Shown piece by piece: positions 12,552 to 25,506 of a stretch of DNA of 64,000 nt. Made by a program: the position numbers and the translations under genes. Each line of letters opens with the position of its first letter. The first letter of the stretch is position 1. The stretch lies in NCBI GenBank assembly GCA_017654855.1, contig CM030338.1, forward strand, positions 682,001 through 746,000, given 5' to 3'. The notes below the pieces were generated by a model. The model searched no databases. It was not told the DNA's origin and was given only the letters and a program-made list of their open reading frames with translations. This DNA is from Podospora anserina (Eukaryota).

Positions 12552-13481
12552 ATGTCCCTCCAACAAACCCTCAAAGACCTCCTCGAGGCCTCCCTCACCC
12601 CCTCCCCAACCGTCATCCTCTTCGGCCTCGCCTTTTGCCTCCTCGCCCCCATCCTCCTCCACTTCCTCTACTCAACCGCAACCCCCTACACCACCCTCCC
12701 CTCCGTCCTCCTCCTCGGCCCCCCAGGAGCAGGCAAAACAGCCCTAACCACCCTCTTCGAGCGCGGCCCCCTCGACCTCCCCCTCGCAAAAACCCACACC
12801 TCCCAAGTCCCCTCCTCCATTGAACTCTCCATCAACTCCGACGACCCCTCCAGCGCATCCTACAAAACCAACCTCGACGAAGCAGGCGCAACAGCCAAAA
12901 AATTCCTCCTGGTCGACACCCCCGGCCACCCCAAACTCCGCGCCTCCTCCCTCGCCCATTTGAACTCTGCCGAACCAACAATCAAGTCCTCCCTCGTCAG
13001 CGACGGCGGCGCAAAGTCCAAGATCAAGGCCGTCGTCTTCATGGTGGACGCCGCTGCGCTCGCAGATGGTGACGCTCTCCCGTCAACGGCGGAATACCTC
13101 TACGACGTGCTCCTCACTCTACAGAAGCGCTTCCACAGCCGGAATGGTAGTCGCGCGCCCGCGTCCATGCCTGTCTTGGTGGCGGCGAACAAGCTTGACT
13201 TGTTCACCGCTCTGCCCGCGGCGCTGGTAAAGTCTAACTTGGAGGCGGAGCTGGGGAGGATCCGGGCGGCGAGGAGCAAGGGGTTGTTGGATTCGGGTGT
13301 AGGGCAGGATGATCTTGCTGCTGGGGAGGAAGGGGACTGGCTTGGGGGGGACGGGAGCGAAAAGTTCTCGTTTGCGCAGATGATGGAGTTTGACGTGGAT
13401 GTGGATGTTATTGGGGGGAGTGTCACTGGAGATGGGCCGGGGGCCGAGAAGTGGTGGAAGTGGATTGGGGAGAGGGTATAA
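12552..13481 (+). CDS. SRP102: Signal recognition particle receptor beta subunit (small GTPase)
   Basis: N-terminal TM, P-loop GPPGAGKT, THTSQ, DTPGHPKLR, ANKLDLFTA and LEAELGRIR. Confidence 0.9.
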   Translation: MSLQQTLKDLLEASLTPSPTVILFGLAFCLLAPILLHFLYSTATPYTTLPSVLLLGPPGAGKTALTTLFERGPLDLPLAKTHTSQVPSSIELSINSDDPSSASYKTNLDEAGATAKKFLLVDTPGHPKLRASSLAHLNSAEPTIKSSLVSDGGAKSKIKAVVFMVDAAALADGDALPSTAEYLYDVLLTLQKRFHSRNGSRAPASMPVLVAANKLDLFTALPAALVKSNLEAELGRIRAARSKGLLDSGVGQDDLAAGEEGDWLGGDGSEKFSFAQMMEFDVDVDVIGGSVTGDGPGAEKWWKWIGERV

Positions 13482-13927
13482 GGGAAAAATGTATGATGTT
13501 TTTTGATGTCAAAAGAGGGCAACGGAAATATCTCCTGCTTGATTATCGCAAGCAGGGCGCGTGGATGGGTAATGAACAGGGCGGCAAAACATGATCTAGG
13601 AACAGGTACAAACTTTTAATGCAAATCAATATAAACTTGTAATTGTAGTTTATGGGTATAAACAATGCATCACAAAATGCCATCTCCCAAACCACCTCTC
13701 TCCCCATTTTGCACGGGTTGAGCCCCAAAAAGTACGCCGACCAGATGCTACCAAGTCTAAGAGTAGTCGCTTTCCCAAACCACACCAAAGATGTTGAGTC
13801 TTCTCGGTTCTTCTTTCTTTCCCAGCGTATATCTACGGAAAAATGGAGACGCAAAATACCACAAAAAAAAGAAACAAGAAATTCACACAAACGCCATGCC
13901 TTGACACCCCAACTTTTCCACCTCTTT

Positions 13928-15581
13928 CTACTTGTGCTTGACCATGTAGGTCAACAGATCCACCTTGGTGACGACGGCAACAGGCTTGGATCCGTCCTCG
14001 GCCTTCTCCGTGACGATAGCCGCGCTGTTCCACTCGAGGAATCTGCTGAGCGCCGACAAAGGAGTGTCCATGGTGATCTCCACAAACTTGCGCTTCTTGT
14101 TCTTAAGCTCGGAACCAAACTCGCGGGGATCAGTGACAACCTCATCGATGCGCTTGAAGTTGAACATGACGTCGCTGACGGGGCACTTGGGCGAGACGCG
14201 GCCCTTGGAGATGTAGCTGAGCATGTTGCCAAGAGTAACAAGACCAGCGAGCTTGCCACCAGTAGGAGTGAGGACGGGGAGCTGATCAAAACCCTTGTCG
14301 CGCATCATCTCGATGGCCTCGGTGCATGGGCTGTCAGCAAGGACCGAAGAGACGGGCTTGAGGCGAAGGGCGCGGACGGTGGCACCGCCGTAGGGGTCGT
14401 TCTGGCTGGGGGTGTGGGGAGTGGCGGAAGCGGCATCGCCGCCGCTGACGTTGGTGTCGTCGTTGGGGAGAAGGTCGTTGGCCGCAAGCCAGTCATCGTC
14501 GGCGAACTTGGAGAGGTAGGAGCGGATGCTGTCAGGGAGGACGACAACGACAACGTCACCCTTCTTGAAGCCAAAGTCCTTGACAGCCTTGAGCATGGCC
14601 GCCATGGCGCTGCCAGAGCTGCCACCGACCAACAAGCCCTCCTCGGCGATCAGACGGCGCGCAAGCTTGAAAGACTCGCGGTCATCAGTCTTGTACCACT
14701 TGTCCACAAGCTCGCGGTCCAAGACATCGGGAATGAAGTCATAGCCAATACCCTCCACCTTGTAGGGTAGGTTGGCCTTCTCCTCGTTCAGGGACTCGGG
14801 AACAGCAAGGATACTGCCATGGGGATCGGCAGCAATGACCTTGATGTTTTTGTTGTGCTTGCGCAAACCCTTGGCAATACCGCTGATGGTGCCACCGGTA
14901 CCAGCACCCGCGACAATAGCCGTGATGTTACCGCCAGTCTGAGCCCAGATCTCCTCGGCGGTGCCGAACTCGTGCGCGCGCGGGTTGTCGACGTTGGTAT
15001 ACTGGTCGAGAATGTGGGAGTTGGGGATCTCCTTGAGCAGACGGCGCGCAACACCGATGTGGCTTTCGGGGCTGTCCCATGCAGCCTGGGTGGGTGTGCG
15101 AATGATGGTGGCACCGAGGGCGCGGAGGACAGACACCTTCTCGGCGGACATCTTCTCGGGAAGGGTGATGATGGTCTTGTAGCCCTTGATAGCGCCAACC
15201 AAGGCGAGACCAATACCACTAGTTTCGCATTAGCACCCACAGGAAAGAAAGAAAGGCGCAGAATTCTTACGTGTTGCCACTGGTAGGCTCAATGAGGGTG
15301 TCGCCAGGCTTGATACGTCCGCTCTTTTCGGCCTCCTCGATCATGCGAAGGGCTATCCTGTCCTTGACACTGCCGCCGGCGTTGAACAGCTCAACTTTGG
15401 CGTAGACCTCGCACTCGATGCCGAGGGACTGGGGGATCTTGTTGAGGCGCACAAGCGGCGTGTTGCCGATGAGCTCGGTCGCAGACATCTTGATGTCTGA
15501 CTTGGCCACCAGCTTGTCGAATATGGGAATTGGGACCTGCGACACAAGGCCACGGTGGTTGGCACCGTTCTGGTTAGACAT
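13928..15581 (-). CDS. CYS4: Cystathionine beta-synthase (PLP enzyme + CBS domains)
   Basis: [28 protein letters not shown]^GIGLA (intron 15270-15219), [17 protein letters not shown] and a C-terminal CBS pair (GFDQLPV). Confidence 0.96.
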
Positions 15582-15720
15582 TCTTGCGACCGCTGCTGTG
15601 GAAGGGAAGACTGTCTGTCGTGGACTGGGAGACCGGAATATTTTATGGTGGGGGCGGGGTTGGCGGTTTCCAGATGTTCTTCAGACGGGGAGGTCAAAGA
15701 ATGAACAGGAGGAGAGGGAC

Positions 15721-15806
15721 GGGAGGGGGACTGGAACGGGAGGGGGACTGGAACGGGAGGACGGCAGCAAGCAAAGAAGAAGAAGAAGAAGAAGAAACAA
15801 GAAGAA
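15721..15806. repeat. 17-bp direct duplication followed by (GAA)n microsatellite upstream of CYS4
   Basis: GGGAGGGGGACTGGAAC occurs twice, then a GAAGAAGAA... tract. Confidence 0.8.
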
Positions 15807-16364
15807 GCTAATTGACTTTGCCACGGTGGGAGAGGGCAGAAATTGAAGGCTGGATGGGGTGATGGCATGCAAAAAAACCATCGGTGGATTTGGTAATGGG
15901 AAGCCAGGCTGACCTTGCTGCATCCGTCCTCCACCGAAGCCGATGGTATGCGCCACCGACCCCGAACCTTGAGGGCTTCTTCCGCACTGCCCAGCCTTCC
16001 GGAACCGACCGCCTGCAGGGGTTGAGATGTCAGATGCCCCCACTATAAAGGTTCGAGAAGGATGCCATTTCAGCACGTGTGAGCGGGAGTGCCGTGTGCT
16101 AACAGCTTCTGGTAGATATTACTGGTCCAAATGATAGTGTCCTGCTGCCGAACCTGGAAGGCTTCGCGCAATCCCGCATCGAACGTGCCCGAGATCCGCC
16201 CCTTCGTCTGCATGGAAACCGTGGGGTCCCCGAACCCATCAAGTTGCAACGGCTTTGCTCGATCACTCTTCTATCATTGTTCTAAACATTACGGAGTAAC
16301 TACGGTATCGACGAGAAACGAAAAAAAAATATCCCAGGTCCCACGCTTTTCACACCAACCCTCT

Positions 16365-17003
16365 TCAAGCCCACTCCCGCGTCACGTTGACAGCCCTGCA
16401 GTCCTTCCCATCTGGCAGACCGCCCGATACCCAGGTCAGAGCATCACCATAGTTGTAATTGCCATAAACCGTCGCACAAACGAACCACTTGTAGTAGTTG
16501 GCACCACTCCAGGTATTCTCATCCGTGATGACGGGGCTGAAGGACCTAGCTCGCTGGAACAGCTTGCCTTCCTCGTCAAACTGAGGGCCAGACCCCTCTC
16601 CCTGCGTCGGGCTCACGATGACCGGCAGGACATTGCTTGCAAGTGAAGACTCGAGGCCGAACACGGAAGGCCAGCTCTGCTCAGGCGCCCAGTGGAGTTT
16701 CCCCGGGAGGCAATTGAGGTTCGGGTCGTTGGTGGAGGTGGTGTTGTAGTAGAAGTTGATAGAAATGTCCGACAGGTTTTGCCCCGGGTACTTCTCCTCC
16801 AACAAGACTTCAGAAACGAGTTGTCGGAAAGGGGGGCCGGCATGGACTGAGACTAGGAGAGTGTCATTCAGTCTTGCGTCGTCACTAGTGAGTCGGAGAT
16901 GGAAGGGGGCCGATTGCACGTCATAGACGCAGTCGGCGGACTGTGCAGCGGCAACAGAGAGGGCCGCTGCGAGCGAGAGAAGTGTCTTGGAGGTAAACTG
17001 CAT
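16365..17003 (-). CDS. Small secreted protein of unknown function
   Basis: Signal peptide MQFTSKTLLSLAAALSVAAAQ; C-terminal WFVC.T.YG.Y....LTW..G...C..V pattern is common in secreted fungal proteins. Confidence 0.75.
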   Translation of the reverse strand: MQFTSKTLLSLAAALSVAAAQSADCVYDVQSAPFHLRLTSDDARLNDTLLVSVHAGPPFRQLVSEVLLEEKYPGQNLSDISINFYYNTTSTNDPNLNCLPGKLHWAPEQSWPSVFGLESSLASNVLPVIVSPTQGEGSGPQFDEEGKLFQRARSFSPVITDENTWSGANYYKWFVCATVYGNYNYGDALTWVSGGLPDGKDCRAVNVTREWA

Positions 17004-20000
17004 TTTGTTGATGAGATTCGAGGGTTTGTGGAGGGATGGTTTGATGACTGACAGGAGCAAACCAGTGCTCACCGGCGTGATCATCGTCCCTTTTATACCC
17101 CGCGATCACCAAGAGATCCGAGAACCTGGCATGATTGACACCTGCCTGTACAGACGATGGCCCACTAACGTTACATTTCGTGTAGAAACCAAGATCACTC
17201 TCGTGTATGCAGCCGGAGTAAGCGACTTCATACCCTGATATTCCCGGTTAAACATAGCCTTGTCTCCCGTTGGACAAAAAGCGACCATGCGGTGTCACAA
17301 AGCCGTTCGGGGGCCGACTTCACAGCCAACATCGACCACCATCCAAGCTCAGCCTCGAATTATAGTAAAATGTCTGGCTCTCACCGCTCGCAACACCCAG
17401 AACAGAAGTTCCATAATCCGTATTGCTGGGCCATATACGCTCAGATGCTACCTGCATGCAACCATCAAAATGACCGGTTGGTCAGCCTTTCGATGACGGT
17501 TGGTATGCCCGAAGCATGCCCTCCACGAGGCAGATCTCCACATAACTCAAGTCTTGAAGTCGTGACAGGCAGTAGGCACCTCTTTGTTCAACAACCGCGG
17601 AACGCGGGGATCTGGGTAGCAAGTTGATAGCATCATGCAACGGTAACCTTGAGATGGATCGCACAACTCGAGACAGTTCAGACTCCTACCATGCCGTTCA
17701 GGTGTGACGGAAGCTTCCGAGCGGGTGTAACGGCATATATTTTATGATTTCGGTCCCATTAGCAGAGATGATCGCAAACATGCGTTTCTGTCTTTGCCAT
17801 GCCACTATTCCAGTTTCTCCTGAACGGCAAATATAAGAAATACAATGTCCAGTTTCAAATCATCTAGACGTCGAGCAAATTGGACATGGCATTGAATAAA
17901 AGCTACAGGCAACAACCAGTTTGGGGTCCGTTAGCTACCTAGGTCCCTAATACTAAGAGCTGCTGTCTCAACAATGTGTTGAATGCTATTGATACTCTAA
18001 TACAAATTCCGACTTAGAGATGGAGAGGGTTGGTGCAGTTGATGTTGAAAGTGCTTCGGGCCATCTTGACTATGAGATCAAGCACATCTCTCTCAACATC
18101 ACCTTATGGCATTGCACAACTACGTATCGTCTGATTTCCTTTCATGCAACCTTGGTTCTTCCAGGATGATTGGGCAAATATTCGAAATCAAACTGAGCGT
18201 TTGCAATCCTGTAGGTGGTGGTCACCTAGTATCTCCTATGTTGAATGCCAATTCAACAGAATACCTGCCGGTTCATAATTAGACCTGGAAGATAGACCTG
18301 ATCTCAAAAGGCCTGAGGCTGTCAACTAACTGCACCTTCTCGGCTTGAGATAAAATCATTCGACCACAATAACAACAATGGTAGACCCACCCACCTCAGT
18401 AGAGCCAGACCTCCTGCCTGATTGATTGTGAGCCGTAGAGGTTCTTCTCTGGGCAAGGATAAATATATCCCACTGCTTGCCAGTCTTTCTATTTCCTCTC
18501 TTCCATTTAACACCAATCTCCCATCGTTCTTTTTCTTCTCTTCGACCAACGACCCTCCACATCTCAAAACCGTCACCGGCCTGATATTCGGGATGTTTTG
18601 AATTAACATCTTGTGGTTTATTCCAGTTTTGATCTTACTCTTTCTTCCCACGACCCATCGATTTTCCTCATCTCGTCTCTTTCTAGCTGCAACTCGACTC
18701 TCACAAAACCATCAAGGCAACGACACTTCCCCATCTGCCATCTGTGGCCAGACTTCAATATTTTAGTACGACTTCTTCTCGGCTATTCCACATCACTTTA
18801 CTTTTATATTTCTTCGACTTCCTTTTCAGACTGCACTTCTTCACCCGTTTTTCTTTTCTCACACAAGGCTTTCTTTTTCTTCGACTTTTCTTCCCACCAC
18901 AACTTCGACTCCTTGCCATCCCAGCTTCGCTCACCTTTTTCCAACACTCGATTTTTCAACAAGTCTTTTTTGTTTCGAAATACTGACACTTATTATGGCA
19001 GACAAATAACTCATCTGCCTAACCACAGACCTCGCCGCCAACAAGTTCAACGACGCTCAATGCTGCTCTTGCCAATGCCGCTAGACACCATTGTCGAAAA
19101 CACACATGACTGACATGACTCTTTTTCAGACTTTCGCTCGATCTTTCAACCTTTTCCGTCCGACCTCAGCACATTCGACAATCGAGCTTCTGGTACCTAT
19201 CTCCCTCATCCCCATGTCATTGTCTCCCCACCCATGGGGTGACTCGAAGCCGAGTTGAGAGTCGCTCATGCTTGCCCCACTTCTTTCCCATTTGGTCACT
19301 TGTACACACACACAACTACCCCAACCCATATCACGCCCCACTCACGTTATGTGATGGTCCACGTTCTCACATCTGTCTGTCTAGATAGGGCTTTCAGCAG
19401 TACACGCGAACGTACTTAGCGGGGGGGGATCTGGTAGGGGTGGTGGATAGAAGATGGATGAGGGCGAGAGGGAGTGGGAGCTTTGACAGTACACGCGAAA
19501 GTACTTGGTGGGGAGGACTGTTCGATACTCGACCAGCAACACGTGTGTCTGCTTTTGTTTTCTTTTCTTCTGTGAAATGCATGAGCGTCTTGAACCACTG
19601 TTGGCGGCGGCTTTGCGCGACTTGACTCTTCGGCATACCCGATCGGGCACCCCCGATCAGGCAGCATCATCAAAAAAGAAACACACATGGTAAGTTCTTT
19701 TCCCCGTGAGTTGTGGAGAGCAGTTGTTGACATCTTCTTCAGGAACACAACCGCCGGCTAAGGATGGGAGGAAGCGAGGGATGATTGCTGGCTTGGGGAT
19801 ATATGATGGTTGGAATAATGCAATGAGGCTGTTTAGTGAAGTCTCCAAGGTCTGTCTTGGCACCGGTGGTCTAGACCACCACCCTTGTCATCCTGTCTTT
19901 GGATCAATGACGTCACCCCACCCTTGACAGCCCCGTCCAGGAACGATCCGCTGTTCCCTGTCGAGCTATCATGTATTCTGTTGTCTAGAACATTGCTTGA

Positions 20001-20067
20001 TTTCCACTCGACCTAGTTAAGCTATTGTTTACATACCACTCGATCACCTAGCTAGACTATTGCTCCT

Positions 20068-21276
20068 ATGGGTCGACAAGAAAGAATCGCCCGGTCCATC
20101 GTCCGCGCCATCATCAGGACCAATGTCAATGGCACCAAAAAGAAAGCCAGCAACCCACTCGGGATCCTCCTCGCCCTGTTCTCCGCCTTCTTCTCCCTCT
20201 ACCAGCTGCTCATGAGAAAGATCCGCCCTGCCGACTTTGCCAAGCTGCGACGGGAGTACTGGGATGTCAGCGATGACGACTATGTCGACTCGTTCCGACC
20301 GCGGGAGGGCGCAAAGGATGAGGAGGCTTTGACTGCTATCGGGGACATGGGGTTCTCTGGTTCCGTAAGTAAAATTTTCTCTCCCTGGGGATTTATCATG
20401 ACAACGGACGTGCTGACCGCGAGACTACTTACCGGACAGACCTTTTACGCAACCACCGACCAAAAGTACCTCGTCAAGTCGGTCCCACGCCACTCCGAAC
20501 ATTCCTTCTTCCGCAACGATCTCCTGACCCCGTACGTCCAGCACATGGCTACGCATCCGCAGTCTTTGTTGGTCAGAATATGTGATTTCCTTGGCGCCTC
20601 AGGTGCTTCTATTGGAAGGATCCTCCGTCTCGCGCCTTCGCATCATATCGTCATGGAGAACATCATGTACGGCCGGGAGGAGGCTGAAAACAGGGGAGAT
20701 GCCAAATGGGAGAACTGGGACCTGAAGCCAACGTCGTATTTCTACCCCGAACGAGATATTGCCGATGGCGCGCTCACGAGCGACGCAACCAAGGAGCAGC
20801 TGGCGGATGAGTTTCACGACAAGATTGTGCTCAGCCAGGAGCAGGCGGATGATTTGTTTGCGAGGTTGGAGGAGGACACAAAGTTGCTGGCCGAGCACAA
20901 CGCGGTAGATTATTCCTTGTTTTTGGTCAGGATGAAGCTGCCACGGGAGGAGGTCCAAGAGGAGGTGCAGCCGGAGGCGGCAAAGTCGGACTCGAACTTG
21001 GCGCCGCCAGAGGATGGGCCGTCGGTTCCGCCTCAGCCTCCGACGTGGAAGACGGGGGTTGCTTCGGCGGATGGAAAGTATGTTTATCGGGCTTCGATCT
21101 TGGACTTCTTTTGGGCGAAGCACAAGATCCAGCCGAGGTTCATGACGTTGCTGATTAACTTGTGGAATTTGTTGATTAGTAAGGATGGGCCGATGAGTAT
21201 CACTACTACGCCGGAGGAGTACAGGGAGAGGTTTTTGAAGATGTGTAGGGGGTATGTGGACATCAAGAAGGACTGA
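20068..21276 (+). CDS. Phosphatidylinositol-phosphate 5-kinase (PIP5K/SAICAR-like) domain protein
   Basis: GDMGFSGS^TFYATTDQKYLVKS (in-frame 75-nt intron 20365-20439), SLLVRI, IVMENI, DLKP, DYSL, ILDFF and P.EY.ERF. Confidence 0.85.
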   Translation: MGRQERIARSIVRAIIRTNVNGTKKKASNPLGILLALFSAFFSLYQLLMRKIRPADFAKLRREYWDVSDDDYVDSFRPREGAKDEEALTAIGDMGFSGSVSKIFSPWGFIMTTDVLTARLLTGQTFYATTDQKYLVKSVPRHSEHSFFRNDLLTPYVQHMATHPQSLLVRICDFLGASGASIGRILRLAPSHHIVMENIMYGREEAENRGDAKWENWDLKPTSYFYPERDIADGALTSDATKEQLADEFHDKIVLSQEQADDLFARLEEDTKLLAEHNAVDYSLFLVRMKLPREEVQEEVQPEAAKSDSNLAPPEDGPSVPPQPPTWKTGVASADGKYVYRASILDFFWAKHKIQPRFMTLLINLWNLLISKDGPMSITTTPEEYRERFLKMCRGYVDIKKD

Positions 21277-21396
21277 GGATGAGTTTGTGATAGTATGCGT
21301 GTGTGGTTCCCCTTTTTTTTTGGTTCTTTCTCTCTGTATTAGATACCCCCCAAACCCAGTCATAGTTTGGCACACGAGAATGTTTAATGTCTTGAT

Positions 21397-22182
21397 CTAC
21401 TCTGTCGTTCCAGCCTCCTTGGTCACCCCCGTCTCCCCATCACGCGCCATCTGCCTAAACATGGCCATCGGATCAAAAAACACCTCGACGCTCCCCAACT
21501 GCAGCTTGTCATTCACATCCGCCACCGCCACACCCTCAATGTCGATATCCCCCCCGTGAGCCTTGATGGTAACCTTCTCCCCCTTGTCGTTCGTCCCCAC
21601 ATAATCACCCTTCATGACACCCCAGTGCCTCCAGCGAAACACCACCCTCGGCGGACCGGCATACACCTCCAGCACCTCCCACGCAAAAGACGGCATCACC
21701 CTCTTGAATGTCTTGTGGCTGGCGTCAAAAGAGGAGTGAGCAGGGCAGTAGAACTCGTTGGGCTCGATGAGGGCGTTGTAGGTCCCGACCGAGAGCATTT
21801 GGGCTGCGGTTTGTGGAGGTGAGCCGTTGACGCGGAAGGTGTAGGACTGCGGGGAGGCGATGGTGCGCCATTCGGGGAGGAGGGGTTTGTAGCTGGCTTC
21901 GATTTCCCAGTTTTTGACGAGGTTTTCGACTAGGGCGGGGAGGGAGGTGGCTGGGTGGGTTGATTTTTTTGCTGGGGCGGGGGGTGGGAAGGGTTAGAAA
22001 TGGGAGGACAGGGGGGGAAGGTGGGAAAAGGGACGGAACCTACTTTGGAGGTAGAATTGCCGGGTTTTGGTGTAGTCGGGGGGTTGGCCGTGGCGCCAGG
22101 TTGTGGAGGGGTCGGAGAGGACTGCGTCTGGGTTTAGGACGTAGTCTGGGAGGGTGGGAGGGGGGGTTGAGGTGGTGGACAT
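21397..22182 (-). CDS. Pathogen-related protein family (NTF2/SnoaL-like), 2 exons
   Basis: Intron 22043-21972; spliced product has WRHGQPPDY, LVENLVKNWEIEASYK, GTYNAL, FAWEVLEVYAGPP.V.FRWRHWG and EVFFDP. Confidence 0.85.
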
Positions 22183-23314
22183 TGTTTTGGAGTGAGAGTT
22201 GACACGAATGACGGGCGGTTGGGTGAGATATTGAGATGGGGGAGGAAGAGAGGAATGATGGGAATGGGTATATATGCCCAGTATCACAACCTACCTGCCT
22301 CCCACCACCCGAGGATAGAGGTGTGATCGTCTTACTTCCCACAAGTTCCTCACTGGTGATAGACAACCGTTGGCAGTGCCACCGCAAGGACAGCTGACCT
22401 ATAACAGCCTTTGGTCCTGTACTATGCTCTCCTTCGGTACACCGGGACATTCTGTAAGCCACGGTAGGTAAGTGGTGTGTGGCCGTTGTGGGCCAACCAG
22501 GGGACAAGCAATGTCATCTTGGAACCATGGTAGAGGCATTCTTCAGACACACGACCTAATTGCCGCATGCAGGGTCCCCAACGTTCGATCCTGTACTGCA
22601 CGGTAGCTGCATGCTAGCAATATGCTGACATTCGAGATGCGCCAACAGCATATCCCACAAATTCTGTGCGACATGCGAAGCCGGGATGGTATGGGCATAG
22701 ATCACTCTGTCATTCGGCATGGCGAAAAAGATCAGAGAACTATTATTGGGGTTGAAAGGGGCATAGGGAGACCCTGATATCCATGTGCTCTTTGAACAGA
22801 AAGGCGGAGAGCAACACCGAATATGCTATGGTGATGCAAAGGTGACGTTGACTATAGGACGATGGCTATCAGGTCACGGGTGGACATTACTCCGAACAAG
22901 CTCCTCTCAACCGGGAATTTGTGTAACCCGCCGAGTCGTAATACATCACTACCAACTGCATGAGCACGTAGCAATGAGATCCGTGGACCGAAAGAGAGCG
23001 ACGGAGGACTCTATTCCAAAGAAAATCTACAATCCAAATTGCCATCCAGCTAGACGAACTAGACTGAACAGACATGCGCCCTTTCACACCCCCACTCACC
23101 CGCTCGACCCAGTCCAGAAACGCCAGCTCCAGTCATGCGAGGTTTCGATATAACGCAGCAACCTGTTTTGGTTCTATTGCTCTCTGAGGAGCCACGGAAC
23201 AAGAAAAAGACCAACACGACCCAAGAAGAGGTGGTAAGGGATGCTTTGAGAAACTAAAAAGAGAACTGATGATACAAACAAAAATTTGAGCAAGGAACCG
23301 TACGAGAGACAGTG

Positions 23315-24572
23315 TCAATCATCCCATTCCTCATCGAGCTGATCAATTAGTCGATTCTCGGCGTCTCGGCTGTGGCGTCTCCCACTTGGGGATCCGGACA
23401 GTGTATGGTACCCTCTCCTACGAGGGATCAGGCGGCCGCAGGATGAGGTCAATATGGTAAACATGTCCTACACCGTAGGTTAGCGGCTATAGTCCAAGGA
23501 AACCTAAGTATGACACCAAGACATACCACGATAAAGCTCCAGATGCCAGCCCACAGGCTGTAGTTGGGCAGCTGCCGCCAACCCCTGGCGTGGGCCACTG
23601 TGCGCTGGTAAAAGACACCTCCAACCACGTAGACCAAGACCGCGATGAAGAAGATAATGGCAAAGACACTGCCAGGCCCAACGCTACCAGGTTTGTGGGG
23701 CTCGGCGATAGAGCATGCGTGCATTGAACGGACTTCGAAGAAGTAGGCGCACTCATCCGGATCTGTGCCAACAAATGAAGCAGCCGTAGGTGTATCTGGG
23801 TCCCTGTCACAAAGGAAAGAAAATGTGGCCGACTTGCGACGTTGTGTTTTTGGCTTCTCCTTGCCCTTGTCCTTCTTGTCATCATCTTCGTCATCATCAT
23901 CCTTGTCTTTCGATGCACGCCTTGACTCGGCGTCTTCACCGTCGTTGTCGTTGTCGTTGTCGTTGTCGTCGTCGTCGTCGTATTCATGGTACTTGTATGT
24001 CGCTCCGTCATGGACCTCCCATCTCTTTTCCCTGTTCTTTTCATCTGATAGACCACACGGGGATCCCCCTGTATATTGAAGGACAAGTTTGCGCCCTCGG
24101 GGTACTAGGTTTCCATCTGATAATCTGTCATGGATCGTCAGCGATGCTGCCGCCCCAAGCTGTTCCCAGTGTAAAGGCGTTCTTACCCTAAAGCATATAT
24201 TTTGCCCTTGGTTTCATAGTATGCGCTCACGTTGTTCCATAGATCCTTGTCGAGTCCGACGACATCCTCCACCTCCTTCACCACGGGACTGCAGAAGTTC
24301 AAAGTAAAGTTTGAGCCATAATCCCAGCCTCTAGCCACATAATCGTCAACAGGCGAGCCCTTTGGTGGCTTCTCCCCCTCGGGCACAACTACTGCGGTGT
24401 CGGGTCGTAGGTCGAAGAAAGCGCCGGCGCCGGTGGTTGCTGTTGCGACACAGGGTGTGACTACAGGCGTGGATGCGGTGGCTGTCTTTGTAGCCTCCTC
24501 GGCGACTGCCTTGCCACTCAGGACAGCAAGGGTGCAGAGAAGGAGCGCTCTGGATGGTGTTTGCCGATGCAT
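23315..24572 (-). CDS. MRL1: Mannose-6-phosphate receptor-like vacuolar sorting receptor (3 exons)
   Basis: Signal peptide, FFDLRP, DYGSNFTLNFC, ATFSFLCD, YFFEVRSMHAC, TM segment, RGWRQLPNYSLW and C-terminal DAENRLIDQLDEEWDD*. Confidence 0.88.
23941..23981. repeat. (GTCGTT)n/(GTC)n coding microsatellite encoding an Asp/Asn tract in the MRL1-like gene
   Basis: gtcgttgtcgttgtcgttgtcgttgtcgtcgtcgtcgtcg read directly. Confidence 0.85.
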
Positions 24573-25506
24573 GGCTGAGAATATTTGATGACGTCGAATT
24601 TCGAATGGAACGGAGGCGTCCGGTCAAGGATGTTGGGGCTTGCTTGGCTTCGGGATGCAGATGCGCGCGTTCGCGCCGAGTGGCAGGGGTTGGGCGATAT
24701 CGAGTGTTGTTGTTCACTGATGAAGCGTCGGTACACGAGGAAGCACAGGAGACAGTTGGCGACACGGGCGACGTCGTTCTCGATGTCGTGGCCGTTGGAT
24801 GATGGAGGGTTGCTCCCAAACGCGGCCTTCACAGGTAACCGTTTTAGAAGCCGATGCCAACTGGGTCCTGGTCCAAGGAAAAAAGGGAGGCGTTGAATGG
24901 GAGCTGTGATTGGCTGTCCCGAGCACAAGGGGCTGGCCCTTGCAGCTGGCAGCGGGCAGTAGAGTGAAGTGCACATGTTAGAACAAAGCTTAAGGTTTAA
25001 GTTGGGGAAACACAATTGCCAGTGGAATGATGAAGCTCCTCATGAAGTGACCCAAAGAGAGAGAGAGTCAACAATAGAGCTCAAGCTGTCAGTCTCAACA
25101 TCCATGGCAGCAGATCTCGGGTCCAAGTCCACCTGGAACTTTGATGCCAAGCACAGGGTAGTGTAGAATTGCCAAGGCTGTTGGCCCCTGACCCTCCACA
25201 CAGCTCATCTGGAAAATGGATTCTCATGGTGCTGCGTCATTGGCTCAGAGAAACTCAGGCCATCCGGAAAGCGCAGAGCCGACTGTGAACCTCTCTCAGG
25301 CCATCCGGGAACTCCAACGCCGACGCGGTAGAGACCATCCATCGTCAACGTCTTCAACGGGCAACCGTCAGCATCTGGGCCTCCAGCTGATGTCATACCC
25401 CGGTATCCGCGGTTTCCACGGGCTCGACAGGGCGCTACTTATATGCGACAAGCTCCCGCGACCATTGACAGTCGACTAATTAGCCAACACAGCCAACGCA
25501 GCAACA

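Noticed and set aside
13652-14770. 372-aa plus-strand ORF
   Set aside because: Antisense shadow of CYS4.
18300-19900. Telomerase RNA (long non-coding region ending in an intron)
   Set aside because: No TAACCCTAA-type template was found on either strand by eye.
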